From: Octopus vulgaris
Taxonomy: Eukaryota
DNA: 64,000 nucleotides
Direction of reading: 5' to 3'
Assembly: GCA_951406725.2 (NCBI GenBank)
Contig: OX597821.1
Coordinates: 49,848,001-49,912,000 of the forward strand
Part shown: in pieces, positions 1-11,279 of the stretch
Layout of the letters: each line of letters opens with the position of its first letter
How positions within the stretch are numbered: the stretch's first letter is position 1
Program-made: the position numbers and the translations under genes
The notes under the pieces: generated by a model
Told to the model about the DNA's origin: nothing
Seen by the model: only the letters and a program-made list of their open reading frames with translations
Databases searched by the model: none

Positions 1-81
1 AAGTCTCTACCGTTTATAAATCTAGTACTCACAATGCATCCCCACAAAGTATTCCCCCACCCCCCTGTGTGCTATTATCGA

Positions 82-280
82 TTACTTGTTTCGGTCATTC
101 GACTGCGACCGTGCTGGGGCACATCCTTAAAGAGTTTAGTGGAAGAAATCGACCCTAGTACTTATCTTTCTTTTTAGGGTTAGGGTTAGGTTAGTTGGAC
201 TTTTTTTTTACCGAACTGCGAAGTGACGGGGACGTAAACAAACCAACACAAGTTTTCAAGCGGTGGTGGGGGACAAACAC
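82..280 (-). mobile_element. 3' half of the abundant tRNA-head SINE family (same family as 43347-43722)
   Basis: Reverse complement matches the 3' part of the full copy at 43530-43722 (tttgtcccc...cggttcggcaaaa...aataagtact...gtcgattt...ccagcatggccgcagtc...gaaacaagtaa); adjacent (CA)n/(CT)n tracts. Confidence 0.75.
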
Positions 281-314
281 AATGCAAAGACCCATACTAC
301 ACACACACACGCAC

Positions 315-360
<46 letters not shown>

Positions 361-1236
361 GCACACATTCTCTCTCTCTCTCTCTCTCTCTCTCCCACAC
401 ACATAAACACACACAGAGGCTAATATGTATAATATATAATAGAGTGGGGCAAAAAAGGTAATTTTTACACAGATTTTCAAAATATGTTTTCAAGATTATA
501 TTTTTTATTGCGAAATCCTTTAGAAACAATTGTGCTAAAATCTGAAATTCTTAAATTTACATCAAGCTCCGCAGCCCACTTGAAATTTTGAATAATGAAC
601 TAAAAATCAATTTATAACACGTTTGCCGTTCCTCATTTTATTTCTTACATTCATTGTTACGAATCGATTTTCTTTTGCAAAATCCATTAAAATCTCAAGC
701 TCTAAAATTTATATCTCCAGGCTTCGCAACGTAGTTGAAATTTCGAATTATGTGAAATAAATAGCCTTTCCAACTTTGTTTTCTTTATTATTTTTAATAC
801 TAGGTCACCAAATATATGTGTTACATGAAGTCTATATTACACACACATTAAAATAATAAATTAAACAAATTGTCAAGATTGTGGCAGAAAAGATCATTCT
901 TCTTTGGGAAAAGACATCCATCCTTTCTGTTATGACTGAGTCAGTTAAACCGAATTTTCCTTTGCTGAGTAGAAGAGCAACTGTGATCTGGCTGATTCTG
1001 TCTAATCAACCTCTGAACGTTCTATTTAGATACTGCTTGAGCTATTATACCAACGATCATTTTTCGATTTGTCCGTTAATCCTGTAAAAAGTCTTGTTCT
1101 CTCTGTGGTACTTGTTTGTCTCTACTACAACTGAAGTTTTTAAAGGAGTTGTATTTGCAACAGGAAATGTCAAATAAATCTTTTGTTGCATTGTTTTTAA
1201 ACACATTACACTTTGTAGGCAGTCCTGGTATAGGAC

Positions 1237-1283
1237 GAATGTTGCTGTAATTTAGCCTTCGGAAACATCATCTCCAGCTGGTT
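1237..1283. ncRNA. Copy B of an unnamed covarying structured motif (see findings)
   Basis: Aligns position by position with 24317-24368 and 55697-55746, with compensatory substitutions. Confidence 0.4.
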
Positions 1284-1624
1284 ATACGACACGATCTGTG
1301 TCCTTATATTTTCGAACAAGGGAATCTAACACTCACAATCAGCTCAAAACAATATGTGTGTATCGCGATTTCCGGGTTATTTCCTTTCATCAGCACAGAA
1401 TAATTGTTCGGCTAGAGGTTGATTTTTTATTATGATAATTAATATCGTACACAGAGAAGACAAAACAGGACAATACAAACAATTATTGTTATTATGACTT
1501 CGTATGATACTTAGTTGATTTTTTAAAAATATTGTATGATATATAATTAAAATTTGACTTTGGGCGGGGATTAAACCTGATGGGCTGAAAAGCCCAGCGG
1601 CTATACCGTTTTCTTTTCCCGTGA

Positions 1625-3430
1625 AGATTAAGCAGGGTCCCTTGCACCCACCTTTCTTACCACAGCCTTCCATCTTTTCTCGAACACACTTCGCAGTAGG
1701 CATCTCTTCTCCAGCCCTATCTTGCTCTTCAGATGATATCTGAAGTATGTCAGCAAACTAGGGCCAGAGATGAAGGATCCCGTCATGAGTCCTTGCAATC
1801 TGGTCTTCCTCACACTCTTTCAATACTGCAACTGAACAGAGAAAACATGCCTCACCTTCCGTTGAGAGTCCGGTTGGCGGCACAACCTTTATTGTAGACT
1901 CAGCTGATAGCTGTACTCTGCCTAGGTGTGACACACGTGTTCATCGTAAATTATCAAGCCTGAAAGCTTCCGGCATTCTACAAAAGCGTGCTGGATGGTT
2001 TCATCGTCTAGCCCTCATCTTGGACATGCCGTTGGCACTGACATTTCGTGCCTGGATAACTTATCGCAAACAGGTAAAGCCAAGGTCAGAGATTTTTGAT
2101 AATTATCCAAATACCCCGGCCTGAAAGTTTTTTGGAACAGGTTGGCAAGTTTGTTCTCACCTAACCCCAGAGCCTCTCCTAGGACGTCATCATTTTAAAA
2201 CTCTACCTGCCCTTTATACAATACCGAGGTGGTATTCCCACTGCCGGCTCTGCCCGTCTTGTGGATTAGTACGAGTGGCTTTCGACACTCCTTTTGCAGT
2301 CAGATTCCGTCTTTTAATGAAACTAGGTTTAAATTTCTCCAAAGAGGCTGGTCAAGGAAAGAATTCCTCCGCCAGTGGATTCCACACCTTGTCACCCTCC
2401 AGGTAAAGCCAGAGATGCCTTAGCCTCAACGCATGTCTGCGCATCATTACCCAGGGCATCCCTAACCCACCCTTCAGCGGTTCCTGGCAGCAAACAGAGC
2501 GCCTCACAAGTGGCTTTCCTTCCTTCCACAACAAGCGGAAGAAGAGGCGCTCCAACTTGTTTAGCCACGAGCCGGGGCGAGGGACAAAGGTCAGGCGGTA
2601 GGTGATAACAGATGCAATAAACACCGGTGCAACTTCCGCTCTTCCTTTCATGGACAGAGCCCTTCCAGACCAAGTCCGGGCTAGGGCATCCACCCTGTCT
2701 GCCACCTTGCTCCAATTCTTCGTCTGAGAGTCCGGTCCAAATCAGACTCCGAGCAACTTAACAGGACCATCTGTCCAGTGACCCACGACACTGGACGATA
2801 TCAACTTGCTCCTCCAGGTGCCGAGGCGCAAGCTGATGTACTTGTTCTTGTTAACTTGTGCCCCTGCCACCGCCTCATATCCTTTGATTGCGTCTTCTAC
2901 GCAATGTAACTGAGCTTCATTGGACACGGTGATGGTGACGTCATCCGCATAGGCAGAGACAGACTTACCGCATCCAATTTCATTGGGGATGACCCCCAAG
3001 TTCTCCAACGTGCGCAGTAATGGCTCAAGAGTGAATACATACATAAGCGGAGACAGGGGCACGCTTGACGAACTGAGCGCTTGATCTGAAACCTCTCCGA
3101 CGGGTAGCAGTTTATCTGGACGGTGGATTTGATGCCGCTATAAATGGCAATGATCCAACCACGGAAATCCGTGCCCAGCCCAGCCGCTTCGAGTACCGCC
3201 GCCAGGTATTGGTGGTCTACTTTATCGAAAGCTTTACTTTGATCTAAATGAACCAGTGCCTCACCTTTGTCGGTTAATTTACCCACCTTTTCTAAGGTGT
3301 AGCGTATAAGGTGAAGATTGTCCTGGATAGACCTACCTGGGATGGCGCATTTCTGCGCCTTCCCTACAAGTTTCTCCACGACACGCGTCAACCTTTTTGC
3401 GAACACATTGGTCAAAATCTTTGGCCCATA
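1625..3430 (-). mobile_element. 5'-truncated, frameshifted Tx1/L1-clade non-LTR retrotransposon (RT and C-terminus)
   Basis: ORFs 2897-3508, 2742-3062, 2352-2705 and 1628-1813 give successive RT motifs: KILTNVFAKRL, AQKCAIPGRSIQDN, LDQSKAFDKVDH, SVRQ(G)CPLSP, YADDVT, then GGLGMP. This motif style is Tx1-like. Confidence 0.85.
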
Positions 3431-4060
3431 CATACATCTTTCATCTCTCCTCTTTCGATTTAAAACAAAAGTCAATATATATATATATAATTTTTTTGCG
3501 GAAATCACAGTATCTTCAAATGGTTCCGCATTTCTTGAAATCAGCCTTGATAGACAATCTGTATGGTATATACTCCAGCTTGAAATCGTAGTTTAATAAT
3601 ATCGTAGCCCAACGTTGCAGCAGTATAAGTAGGAATTCCATTTTTCGACCCAAATATCGATAATAATGGTCGGTGGTCAGTCTGTAGCTGGTAACTTCTA
3701 CTGTACAAAAATCGGAATTTTTTTCACGGCAAAAATGATTGCTAGAGCTTCTTTTATGTTTGACTATAAAATTTCTCTGTTGATATCAGAGATCGTGAGG
3801 CATGAACCACCGCCTTCATGTTATCTTTATTTTTATGTAACATTACTGCTTCTATGCCGTACTCAGAAGCGTCTGAAGCTACAACAGTCTCCGCTGCAAG
3901 ATCGAAGTGAGCTAACGACAAATCAAATATTAATATTGTTTAAAATTTTGTCAAATGCCTTTTGGGAATTTTCTGACAGATTCCATTTCATATCTCTTTT
4001 CAGTAAACTATTCAGTGGAACTCTGACCTTATGCATATCTCGGATATAATTTGTTAATAA

Positions 4061-5500
4061 CACTGGTCAAGAAAATGAAACCTTTTTAATCATCAGAGTT
4101 GCTGATTGACTTTTCTGGGTTAACTCTGAACGCTAGAAACTCCCGGGGCTCATATGATTTTCGCAAAGGCCACTCTGATTGCACATAGTGCTTGTTAGTT
4201 GCACGACTGTCCCATAGGCACAAAAAGCAACAATATTTCGTTAACCCAGATTGCATTCCCATCAACATTCCAATCACCTTCAAGTCTCCACATATTTCCC
4301 AGCTGTAGTTTGTATATTTTATGGCATTGAGGGGTACTTGCATGTTTTCATGTGCACTGAATGTCCTATGGGAATAGATGGTTTCTTATTGCCGTTGTGT
4401 AGTAGTACTGCCTTGAGGCTTCTCTTTGATGAATCAATGAATAAGTGCCATTCAGATGGAACATGCTCTTGGAACAAACAGCGAAATAACTCATCAATGC
4501 TATTACTAAAACAAAGTGGTCCATCAACAGAGAAGCATGAACTCAGATCCCTATTTCTCTTCCTGAAATGAATAATACAAACATCTTTCTTAAGCAGACA
4601 CTCTTCTTGTAGGCGAGATGCTAATAGCTCAGCTTTATCCTTCGACAATGACAAGTCTCTAACTAAATCATTTAACTCTCCTTGAGAAAATTTCTGTGGT
4701 ACGTCTTCATTTTCAATCGTGAAATCTGCATCCACTTCGGTGTCTTCCACAGCAGTAGTATTTTCTTCAGGAAAGAAGTTTTCGTCAGACATCTGAAGGC
4801 CATTTTCTAATGGTATTGGAATAGGAAGATCATCATCGCTGTGTGGTACTGGTCTTCTTGCTGATTCTAAGTTGGGATACACAATCTGATGCTTAGCGTT
4901 TACAGTAAACCCACATACATTAATGTTGCAGAAATAACAGTTCATGTAATGATCCTTTGGCTCTCTCCATATCATAGGTATTGCAAGCGGCATTGCTCTC
5001 TTCCTCTTATTTAGCCAATCCCTTAGTCCATTTGAACAAGCTGAGCAGATGATGAACGGGACCCAACTCTTATCTTGATCCCCGAGAGAGCAGCCAAAGT
5101 ATAACTGGTAGATCTTCTTGATTTCACTTGTGATGGAACGTTGCTGAGCTTTGGTGGTAAATGAACTACAGGCATGACAAAATATATCAAGACTGTTCTT
5201 GCAATGCCTTGACATCCTGAGTAGAATTTGATGATGATGATGACTTGGCACCTTAAACAGAAGGTAAAATTTATGAAAAGAAAATATTATGAAAACATAA
5301 AATTACAAAATTAATACAAATAGTTATAAAACAGAAGTCAGAATTTACCTGTATAAGACGTTTACGTGTAGCGATACTGCTGATGGGAGTTATACACCTC
5401 TCTTATCTCACCAGAAAAACTGATAGAAAGAAACCGATTACATTTTTGAAATCTGCCGCTAAATCTACATATAAAACACCATATAATATTCCTGATGAAA
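4061..5500 (-). mobile_element. Internally deleted Chapaev3 (CMC superfamily) DNA transposon
   Basis: Transposase from ATG at 5215: C-x2-C zinc motifs, LGDQDKSW, WREPKDH..CYFC, ELNDLVRDL, LFIDSSKRSLKAVLLHNGN, then after a frameshift ICGDLKV...TKYCCFLCLWDSRA. A TAA|CACTGG terminus at 4058-4066 fits Chapaev3 CAC ends with a TWA target. The other terminus was not found. Confidence 0.8.
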
Positions 5501-5504
5501 AGCT

Positions 5505-6840
5505 TATAAAGTCGGTGGAGGCATATTTTTAATTGCGCTTGCCCTCGTCCATTTCTGTCAATAATTTGTCCTAAATATCTTATTTTCTTTTCTACTCTAG
5601 GCACAAGGCCCGAAATTTTAGGGGAGTGGCCAGTCGATTAGATCGACCCCAGCACGCAACTGGTACTTAATTTATAGACCCCGAAAGGATGAAAGGCCAA
5701 GTCGATCTCGGCGGAATTTGAACTCAGTACGTAAAGACAGACAAAATACCTATTTCTTTACTGCCCACAAGGGGCTACACGCAGAGAGGACAAACAAGGA
5801 CAGACAAACGGATTAAGTCGATTATATCGTCCCCAGTGCGTAACTGGTACTTATTTAATCGACCCCGAAAGGATGAAAAGCAAAGTCGACCTCGACCGAA
5901 TTTGAACTCAGATCGTAGCAGCAGACGAAATACCTATTTCTTTATTGCCCACAAGGGGTTAAACATAGAGGGGACAAACAAGGACAGTCAACCAGATTAA
6001 GTCGATTACATCGACCCCAGTGCGTAACTGGTGCTTTTTTAATTGACCCCGAAAGGATGAAAGGAAAAGTCGACCTCGGCAGAATTTGAACTCAGAACGT
6101 AACGGCAGACGAAATACCGCTAAGCATTTCGCCCGGCGCGCTAACGTTTCTGACAGCTCGCCGCCTTAAATATCTTAGTTCTGAGAAGAGAAATTCATAC
6201 TTTCCTTCACTCAAAGTAAAACCGTAATCCTTAATTTTTTCAAATACATATTTTACATGCTCCACATGTTGAGCTCTAGATTCATTTTTAATGAATTTAT
6301 TATCCAGACATGGAATGGCGAATTCACACTCCGCTAACACTGCATCAATAATCCGTTGAAAAAATCGCTGGCGCAACTTTTAAGTCACATGGTAACCTGT
6401 TATATTTATACAGTCCTTTATGTGTGTTGACTGTTAGGTATTTCGAGCATTCATCGTCTACTCTAATTTGCAGGTACGCGTCAGAGAGATCTAAAGTAGA
6501 AAATATCTTTCCACCGTTCAATTTCGCAAAAATATCCTCCGAAGTAGGTAGCGGTAGTGGCACATTTTAAAAACATTCATTTAACCCAATGGAAAAACCA
6601 GCGCACACTTTGATTTTATTAACCTTTTTGGTTTAAATACTGGTATGAAGTTTTCTTTTATTTCAAAACACGCCTTTGTCCTGGTACACAGACCTAATTT
6701 ATCGGACAGAACTTCAAAAAAATATTTTTTACTTTTTTTTGTAATTCTGTGATGACTTGCTTTTAGTGGAGGAAAAGCCATTTATATTTTTACAGAATAG
6801 ATTTATGGGGAGGTCCCATAAATTCTTCCAATCCTACAGG
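5505..6840 (-). mobile_element. Degenerate Ty3/Gypsy LTR-retrotransposon pol (RT) fragment, split by a SINE
   Basis: PLPTSEDIFAKLNGGKIFSTLDLSDAYLQI...NTHKGLYKYNRLP..LKVAPAIFQ (6345-6563), ...KIKDYGFTLS...SELRYL (to 6167), resuming as IRYLGQIIDRNG at 5582-5545. Confidence 0.85.
5583..6166 (-). mobile_element. Meta-domain-type SINE with three tandem internal 184-bp units, flanked by an 11-bp TSD
   Basis: Head ggcggcgagctgtcagaaacgttagc; GCCTTTCATCCTTTCGGGGTCGATAAA..AGTACCAG core repeated (ccgaaaggat at 5681, 5865, 6049); TSD taaatatctta at 5572-5582 and 6167-6177. Confidence 0.85.
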
Positions 6841-6886
6841 GGTTTCAATGGCCCTCGCTACAACACATACATACATACATACATAT

Positions 6887-7030
6887 AGGCGTGGGTGTGT
6901 GATAAGAAGATTGCTTCCTAAGCACATGATTCTGGGTTCAGTCCCATTGCGTGGCACTTTGGGTAAGTATCAGGCTGACCAAAGCCATGAGTGCATTTGA
7001 TAGAGGGAAACTGAAAGAAGTCCGTCGTAC
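6887..7030 (+). mobile_element. tRNA-head SINE 5' part
   Basis: aggcgtgggtgtgtgataag...gggttcagtcccattgcgtggcactttggg...aaactgaaagaag matches the family at 43347. Confidence 0.75.
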
Positions 7031-7031
7031 A

Positions 7032-7039
7032 TAGATAGT

Positions 7040-7124
<85 letters not shown>
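7032..7124. repeat. (GATA)n microsatellite
   Basis: Direct reading. Confidence 0.95.
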
Positions 7125-7126
<2 letters not shown>

Positions 7127-7464
7127 ATTTTACCGAAGGGATATAATGCAACATTCAAAGGCAGTCTAGATTGATGTTAAGGCTTTGCCCCCTTGTTTTC
7201 GTTTTATGTGGTGGTGGTCTATGTCGCCATTGATGTGGAAATTATGTGTGCTTGTTAGTATTTTCCGGGTTTTCACATCAATGGCTCAGATCTCATCAAG
7301 CATCCAATCAAGCAGCCCAAATATTGGCATGAGTACTCGCACTGCAAACACATTGTGGAAACTGCTTTATTGAATGCAGAGAGTTCCGGGGTTCAAATTT
7401 TCTTTATTTTGCTGTAATACCGTCACTGATACGTGTTTTGTTACAGGTGCCATTCTATGTATTT

Positions 7465-7562
7465 ATGTATGTATGTATGTATGTATGTATGTATGTATGT
7501 ATGTATGTATGTATGTATGTATGTATGTATGTATGTATGTTTGTATGTATGTATGTATGCAT
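7465..7562. repeat. (TATG)n microsatellite
   Basis: Direct reading. Confidence 0.95.
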
Positions 7563-7564
7563 GT

Positions 7565-8150
7565 ATATTGCCCAAATTTGTATGTTTTGCTTCATGTATT
7601 TATTCTCATGCGTATAGTGACATATCTAATCATGCTCATATATATTTAAATAATAAACTTCTGGAAAGTTTTACAGATTTTTACAGTTCCAGTAATGGCT
7701 TTGATCTGTAGTCTTCGAATCAGCTTTCCCCTTTCTGGATTTGAGAAGCCTAATTTCTCAAGATTGGTATTTAGGTAGAGTGTTACATATCCCAGTGCCC
7801 CAATAACTACAGGTATAAACCTGAACTAGTAATCTGGATAGAGTAACTGAAAATTCTCAATAGTTCAGCGTAGGTGTTCTCTTTATCACTGATCTTTAGC
7901 TTTATGTTAACATCCGTTGGGCAGCTGATTTTCTACAATAGTACACAGTTCCTCTTTTCTATCCCAAATTATTAAGTCAGGTCTATTATGTTTACATTTT
8001 ATTGAGGTTTTCCCTGGGACATTCCGCCAGTACACCTTTTTTTAATTATGAGTGGCTATGGCTTCCACCATACCGTGGATTCCATTTCTATGTCCTTGGA
8101 GTTATCCGACTGATTTCGTTATACAGTATTCTAGCTGCAACATCATTTAT
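7565..8150 (-). mobile_element. 3' end of an RLE-type (R4/Dong-like) LINE, second family
   Basis: Minus strand translates, with lesions, to KHNRPDLIIWDRKEELCTIVE.SCPTDVNIKLKISDKENTYAELL...RFIPVVIGALG...RRLQIKAITGTVKICKTF, a PD-(D/E)xK restriction-like endonuclease tail. Homologous copy at 17645-18015. Confidence 0.75.
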
Positions 8151-8535
8151 ATGTGTGTATGTGTGTGTATTTATTTACTGGATTGCTGATATTTATCAAC
8201 GGTTTCTGCCATTGTTTTAATGCGCTATTTTTTATCATTAATAAAACTGTCAGGATTTTTGACGATACGGGTATGGTAGTATTCATATAAGCGACGAGTT
8301 TCTTTCAGTTTCCGTCTACCAAGATTTTTACCAGGCTTTGGTCAGCCCGGAGCTATAACAGTTGACACTCGTAGGTGTCACGCAGTGGGACTGAGCCCGG
8401 AGCCATGTGACTGGAAATCAAACTTCTTATCACCCAGTCACGTCTGCGCCTATTGTTGATATACGTAACGAACATTACTGCATTCCTTCTATATGTACTT
8501 GATCTCTTCTAAAGCTAACCAAATGTGGTGTATAT

Positions 8536-8575
8536 GCTTCGTTGATGAGATCTGATAAGATCGAAACATGTCTGT
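8536..8575 (+). ncRNA. Degenerate minimal type I hammerhead ribozyme relic
   Basis: tTGATGA-GATCT-gata-AGATC-GAAAC-at-GTC; C3 mutated and stem I eroded. Confidence 0.45.
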
Positions 8576-10012
8576 TAGTTCACCAACAGGCTTTAAGAAA
8601 GAGATCCTATGTTATCTGCATGGTCATCATTTTGCCAAAATTAGCATTAGCTGACTTTTTGAAGTTGTCTCCCTTATTCTAGATCGTGATTTAAAACAAT
8701 GCTAGCGAGAGGTTTTGTCTATGACATAAACTATCTCAGTTAATCAAAGTTTTTCAACTCATATTTTTTTTAATATGTGATATTCAAGTGAATAGTTTTC
8801 ATGGTGAAGGCAGAAGAAACATTTTAATAGAGTTTCCCAGATCAGTAGTGTGATGGAGGGAAGAAAAGTATGGGAGTACAGTAGGAAGAAACCTCAACCC
8901 ATAGGGCATAATTAGTTCGCATAGTCTCTGCAAAAGACCAATGGACTATGTGATATATTTAAACAAGTGGTGGATTATGTCTGCTAGTCAGAAAGAATTC
9001 GATACGGCGAACTCCGAACAGTATCTGTCGAGCCAATTTCTAGCTGATAAAGCTTGAGTCAGTCCGAGTCTATCGTTGAAAGATACTTGTGCTACTCAAA
9101 GGGACAGAACCCGGAACAACGCGAACGTTTTAATACCATGCACATGAGAGATGGATAAAATAAATGTTTCGAATTAAGACATAAAGCCAGACATGTGGAA
9201 GGCGGAGGTTAGTCCATTATATCGATCCTATTGCATTACTGGTACTACATGTTGTCGACTTTGGAAGGTAGATCAAAGGTAAAGTTGATTTCGGCAAGAT
9301 TTGAACTCAGAAATTAAAGAGCTGGAGTAAATACTGCAACGTATTTTGACAGATGCTCAAATGATTCTACCAATCCACCATCCAGAATGAATAATATAAA
9401 GGAGATAAGTCAAAAGAACCTGAAGTAAAGGAAAATAAAATTAATATTGCAGTCAAAACTGATACAGAAAGAGTTAGTCTTTATGACTAGTAGACAATCT
9501 GTCACCTGTTTTAACATCATGTAGTCCATGGGTCTTTTGCAGAATAAACTCAGATAATAATCTTCTCACAAGTTTTGTGAACTGTTTAAGCCCCGTTGGG
9601 TCAAGGTTTCTTCCAAACCACTCATTCACCTTAGTTTTCATGGGTTAGTATTCAAGTCTTGTATACAACAAACCACAGCTTTCAAAGATTTCCTTACAAG
9701 ACGTTTCATGACAGTTACTGACAAGAAAACTGTAAGTGAAATCATTGTTTTGCTGTGAATGAAGGCTGCTCCCAAAACTGCTTAGTTACTGTTAGTTACC
9801 ACTCTCAACATGAAAGGGTCTGACTTATAATGCTCACCAGATCTGTTGTAGTGTCAGTGAATATTTTAAATAAGCGAGCTGCTGGACATGTACTTCGTCA
9901 TGCACTTAACGCTGTTAAGACAGAAACTAAGGGTGCGGTTTGAAGTCGCTGTCGTTGAGTGGTATTTGATCAAGGCCGAAAGACTTAAGACTTTTTTTAA
10001 TACTATACTTTT

Positions 10013-10016
<4 letters not shown>

Positions 10017-10092
<76 letters not shown>
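10017..10092. repeat. (GA)n microsatellite
   Basis: Direct reading. Confidence 0.95.
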
Positions 10093-10093
<1 letters not shown>

Positions 10094-10281
10094 AAAGTAT
10101 AAATATCGAACGTCTGCCTCGCATCCTTTATATTTCTGTCATACAATTATAACATCCTTCCTAGATTTGCCTTGAAAAATATTTTTCATTTGGCTCTTTT
10201 TCAGGATATAAATCTCCTCTTTTATGTGGCGAAGTATTGCTAATGTTTCATTTGTATTTTCCAGATCAATGCTATTACAAA

Positions 10282-11181
10282 ATGGAATCATCAAGAAAAT
10301 ATTGGTCAGTGCTCATTCTGCTCGTCTGTTGTTTCGAAATTACCTATGCTTCTAAAAAACGATGTCCTGTTGAGTGTAAATGTAGTGGGTTTAAGATTGA
10401 ATGTTTCTCACCTTCATTCCCAATACATATACCAAATAAAGAGATACAATCACTTTCAATTCGAGGCAAACTCCAAGACATTCAAGGGAAAGCGATTGTT
10501 TATCATAAAGAAGGGTCTCTGCTACAGTTGGAAATAAATGTCGACTGCATCAACGAGATTAAACCACTGGCTTTCGCAGGAACAGTGAAGACCATCAAAT
10601 TTACTGCGAAACACGTTTTTAAAATCAATCGACATGCATTTAGTAATATAGACTGTCAAAATTTTTACATTCGAGATTCTAACATTTCATTTATATCCGG
10701 CTTTGCCTTCGGAAACATCAGTTGTAACAGACTTGAAGTGAAGAATTCAAATATTTCCACACTTGATACCGATGCGTTTAGTGTCAGCCATATTGGCTAT
10801 GTCATTTGTGCATTTAATACATTTAATTGTATTGGCAAAAATGCGTTAGTTCGAACCAACGATTTTGAAATGATACAAAATACGATACATCAGTTTCATA
10901 AACAGGACGCTCTACCTGTAGCATTCAGAAAGAACAAACTAACCTGTGATTGTTCTCTAAAATGGTTTTCTACAAAAGAAAATTCCGCTATGCCGAATAA
11001 TACTTGTTCAGGACCACCGAGGTATAAAGGGAAAGTCATACAATCGGAAATGTTTGATTCGTGTAATACAGATACAGAATCGACTACAGAATGTCCAATA
11101 CCAAACATCTCTAACATACTAAAATGGAATATGTTAGTCAGTTCTGCCCTTCTTGTAATAACACTCATTGGTTTTAGATAA
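10282..11181 (+). CDS. Secreted or cell-surface leucine-rich repeat protein, 299 aa, probably GPI-anchored; single coding exon
   Basis: Splice acceptor ttgtattttccag ends at 10264 and the ATG at 10282 is in good context (caaaATGG). Signal peptide MESSRKYWSVLILLVCCFEITYA; LRR-NT cap CPVECKC..C; repeats of type IxxIxxxAF (IKPLAF, INRHAF, ISGFAF, LDTDAF, IGKNAL); LRR-CT NKLTCDCSLKWF...CSGPPRYKG..C; hydrophobic C-terminus MLVSSALLVITLIGFR with no cytoplasmic tail. Confidence 0.88.
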   Translation: MESSRKYWSVLILLVCCFEITYASKKRCPVECKCSGFKIECFSPSFPIHIPNKEIQSLSIRGKLQDIQGKAIVYHKEGSLLQLEINVDCINEIKPLAFAGTVKTIKFTAKHVFKINRHAFSNIDCQNFYIRDSNISFISGFAFGNISCNRLEVKNSNISTLDTDAFSVSHIGYVICAFNTFNCIGKNALVRTNDFEMIQNTIHQFHKQDALPVAFRKNKLTCDCSLKWFSTKENSAMPNNTCSGPPRYKGKVIQSEMFDSCNTDTESTTECPIPNISNILKWNMLVSSALLVITLIGFR

Positions 11182-11279
11182 CATTCATAATACATGTTAA
11201 ACTATTGATAATATTTTAATAGTTATTCACATAAGATAAGAAGAAAAACAAAGCTTCTAAGAAAGGCATACTTAGCAAC

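Noticed and set aside
174-193. TTAGGG x ~3 as a telomere or interstitial telomeric site
   Set aside because: Under three full units, embedded in a SINE; too short to interpret.
860-1090. Possible DNA-transposase N-terminal fragment (IILLWEKTSI)
   Set aside because: Resemblance is too short to assign a family.
10237-10281. N-terminal extension of the LRR ORF from the TTG start in the ORF track
   Set aside because: Eukaryotic context; this stretch is a polypyrimidine tract and acceptor, and the signal peptide starts at ATG 10282.
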